Assembly: GCA_030156535.1 (NCBI GenBank) | Contig: JASGMJ010000005.1 | Span: 104,930 to 168,929 of the forward strand | Direction: 5' to 3' | DNA length: 64,000 nucleotides | Source: Candidatus Sumerlaeota bacterium | GTDB lineage: Bacteria > Sumerlaeota > Sumerlaeia > SLMS01 > JAHLLQ01 | Part shown: positions 61,953 through 64,000 of the stretch, one piece after another | Numbering within the stretch: the first letter of the stretch is position 1 | Layout of the letters: each line of letters starts with the position of its first letter | The notes under the pieces: generated by a model | Seen by the model: only the letters and a program-made list of their open reading frames with translations | Databases searched by the model: none | What the model was told of the DNA's origin: nothing | Made by a program: the position numbers and the translations under genes

Positions 61953-63458
61953 ATGAACTACCCTGTCTGGGATGTCCCGATCATTGGAAGCGGATGGGTG
62001 ATCGGCATGATCGCCATCTTCCACGTCATGATCTCGCACTTCGCGATCGGCGGCGGAATCTATCTTCCGTTCGCCGAGGCCCGCGCCCTCAAGAGAGGGC
62101 GCAAGGACTGGCTGGAGTTCCTCCCGCGCCACTCCAAGTTCTTCCTGATCCTGACGGGTGTGTACGGCGCCGTTTCGGGCGTCGGCATCTGGTTTGCCAT
62201 CGGGTTGGCCGCGCCGGAAGCCACCAGCACGCTGATCCACAACTTTGTCTTTGGGTGGGCGATCGAGTGGGTGTTCTTCCTCATCGAGCTTTCCACTGCG
62301 GCGGTGTACTACTACACGTGGAACCGCATTCCGGACAAGTTGCACCTCAAAGTCGGCTGGCTGTACGCTGGCACGTCGATCATGACGCTGGTCATCATCA
62401 ACGGTATCCTGACGTTCATGCTCACGCCCGGCGAGTCCTGGCTCGCGGTTGCCGGAACGGGGAAGGAGTCAGCCCACTTCTTCCAGGCGTTCTTCAATCC
62501 GACCTATTGGCCGAGCCTGTTCCTGCGCACATTGGTCTGCCTGTCGCTCGCGGCCGTGTGGGCGCTCGTCACCGGCAGTCTGATCAATGGCCGCAAGCAG
62601 CCCGAGCTGAAGACCGAAGTCATTCGCTTCTCGACGAAGTGGCTGCTCCCTGCATTCTTCCTGATGCCGCCGTGCTTCGTGTGGTACCTGCTGATGGTGC
62701 CTGAATCGCAGCGGGCGCTGCTTGAACTCGGCATCTCGACGATCGGCGCCGGGACGTTCACGCAGGTCACGCGCATGGTGCTCGTCAGCATCATGACGTC
62801 GGCCACGATTCTTGGCGTTGTTTACTTCATTGCCTACCGCGACCCCAAGACGTTCCGCGTCGGCTATGCGTGCGCGGTGGTGTTCCTCGCGCTGGCGGCA
62901 ACGGGCTCGACCGAGCAGGCCCGCGAGATGCTCCGCAAGCCCTACGTCGTCGTCGATCACATGTACTCCAACGCCGTGCGCAAGACGCCGGTGAACGTGA
63001 ACGGCGAGGCGATCAAGGAAGTCGATCGCTTCAACCGCGACGGCTACCTGACGAACTCGATCTGGGCAACGGAGCAGGAAAAGGCAGCCTGGGCACAGTG
63101 GGACCGCCAGCGCGAAGCCGCGCAAGTCGTCAATGCCTCCACGGACGAGCAGCCCGCCGCCCCGAACGTCACGCCGGAGATTCTCCGCCGCGGCGAGCTC
63201 ATGTTCCGTGGCCAGTGCATGGCCTGCCACACCACCGACGGCTATCGCGCCATGCGCGGCTTCCTCAATGAACGCGACTTGCAGTCGATCAAGAACATCC
63301 TCGGGATGCTGCACGGCTACGAGGAAACGTCCCCTTACCGCACCTACATGCCACCGCTCGTCGGCACGGAGCAGGAGATTGAGGCACTCGCGATCTACCT
63401 CGACAACATGGTCAACGGCACGCAAGCACAGACCGAGAACGTCGCCAGCGCGCAATAG
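61953..63458 (+). CDS. Cytochrome bd subunit I-like protein fused to a monoheme cytochrome c
   Basis: 'FHVMISHFAIGGG', 'EWVFFLIE', 'REMLRKPY', C-terminal CMACH...YMPP. Confidence 0.85.
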   Translation: MNYPVWDVPIIGSGWVIGMIAIFHVMISHFAIGGGIYLPFAEARALKRGRKDWLEFLPRHSKFFLILTGVYGAVSGVGIWFAIGLAAPEATSTLIHNFVFGWAIEWVFFLIELSTAAVYYYTWNRIPDKLHLKVGWLYAGTSIMTLVIINGILTFMLTPGESWLAVAGTGKESAHFFQAFFNPTYWPSLFLRTLVCLSLAAVWALVTGSLINGRKQPELKTEVIRFSTKWLLPAFFLMPPCFVWYLLMVPESQRALLELGISTIGAGTFTQVTRMVLVSIMTSATILGVVYFIAYRDPKTFRVGYACAVVFLALAATGSTEQAREMLRKPYVVVDHMYSNAVRKTPVNVNGEAIKEVDRFNRDGYLTNSIWATEQEKAAWAQWDRQREAAQVVNASTDEQPAAPNVTPEILRRGELMFRGQCMACHTTDGYRAMRGFLNERDLQSIKNILGMLHGYEETSPYRTYMPPLVGTEQEIEALAIYLDNMVNGTQAQTENVASAQ

Positions 63459-63547
63459 TCTCCACTCAATCGAAGGTAAATTCATGAGCGCCGCGTTCAG
63501 AGAGAACGCGGCGCTTTGTTGTTCTGAAAAACAGAACCTACCGGCAA

Positions 63548-64000
63548 TCAGTCCGCCTTGCAGGCGCCGCACTTCTTCATCAAGAGGGCATCCACGGAAT
63601 AACGTCCCGCGCCCGTGAACAACAGCGACACCGTGGTCAGGAACAGGAAGAACACATACTCCGCCCCCTTGGGGAGGAAGAACCCGCCGTCCTTGTGAAC
63701 GAACAGGAACGCGACGACCATTGTGAACGCCAGAGGGACGGAGATCCAGCGGGTCAGTACGCCGGCGATCACCATCAGTCCACCGGCAAACTCGGTGAAG
63801 GTGGCAAGGTACGCCGAGATCGCGGGGAGCGGAATGCCCAGCCCATCAAAGCCCTTCGCGACGTTTCCGACGCCCTTGTCGAACAGTTTTGACGCACCGT
63901 GCGCGGCGAAGATCACCCCCACGGCGATCCGCAGCGTGAGCAGCCCCAAGTCCGCTCGCCGCGCGAGCAGTCGGTCGGGGAGATAGAGGAACTTTTTCAT
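63548..64000 (-). CDS. DoxX family membrane protein
   Basis: 'LRIAVGVIFAAHGASKL', 'EFAGG', 'GAGRYSVD'. Confidence 0.9.
   Translation of the reverse strand: MKKFLYLPDRLLARRADLGLLTLRIAVGVIFAAHGASKLFDKGVGNVAKGFDGLGIPLPAISAYLATFTEFAGGLMVIAGVLTRWISVPLAFTMVVAFLFVHKDGGFFLPKGAEYVFFLFLTTVSLLFTGAGRYSVDALLMKKCGACKAD

Overview
High-GC bacterial chromosomal window with no rRNA, tRNA, CRISPR array or intact mobile element that I could recognise. The long-tailed prepilin genes and the short C-terminal W-containing tails on secreted proteins suggest Candidatus Sumerlaeota (BRC1) or a relative; this is an inference. Ordinary genes include gyrB, tadA, ahpD-ahpC, an oppB-like permease, TetR, glycosyltransferases, two radical SAM/SPASM enzymes, a sulfotransferase, Ser/Thr kinases, and SPFH, HAD and DoxX proteins. 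Three systems stand out. (1) A clear cobalamin riboswitch (minus strand, ~30745-30990) heads a four-gene operon: two secreted beta-propeller-like proteins with a shared C-terminal W-x3/4-E tail, a type IV prepilin-like protein, and a BtuF-like binding protein. No btuB or btuCD is present, so this is a candidate pilin-associated B12 capture system. (2) A type II secretion operon (32037-46932) is bracketed by an EF-hand/Spy-like periplasmic protein and an NtrB/NtrC-like pair. Its secretin is split into two genes, each with its own signal peptide. (3) A Rieske/cytochrome b operon lacks cytochrome c1 but carries a cytochrome-c-fused CydA-like protein and a second CydA-like membrane protein. The window also holds several apparent pseudo-enzymes, a collapsed DUF4160/DUF2442 toxin-antitoxin remnant, and intergenic 7-bp tandem repeats.
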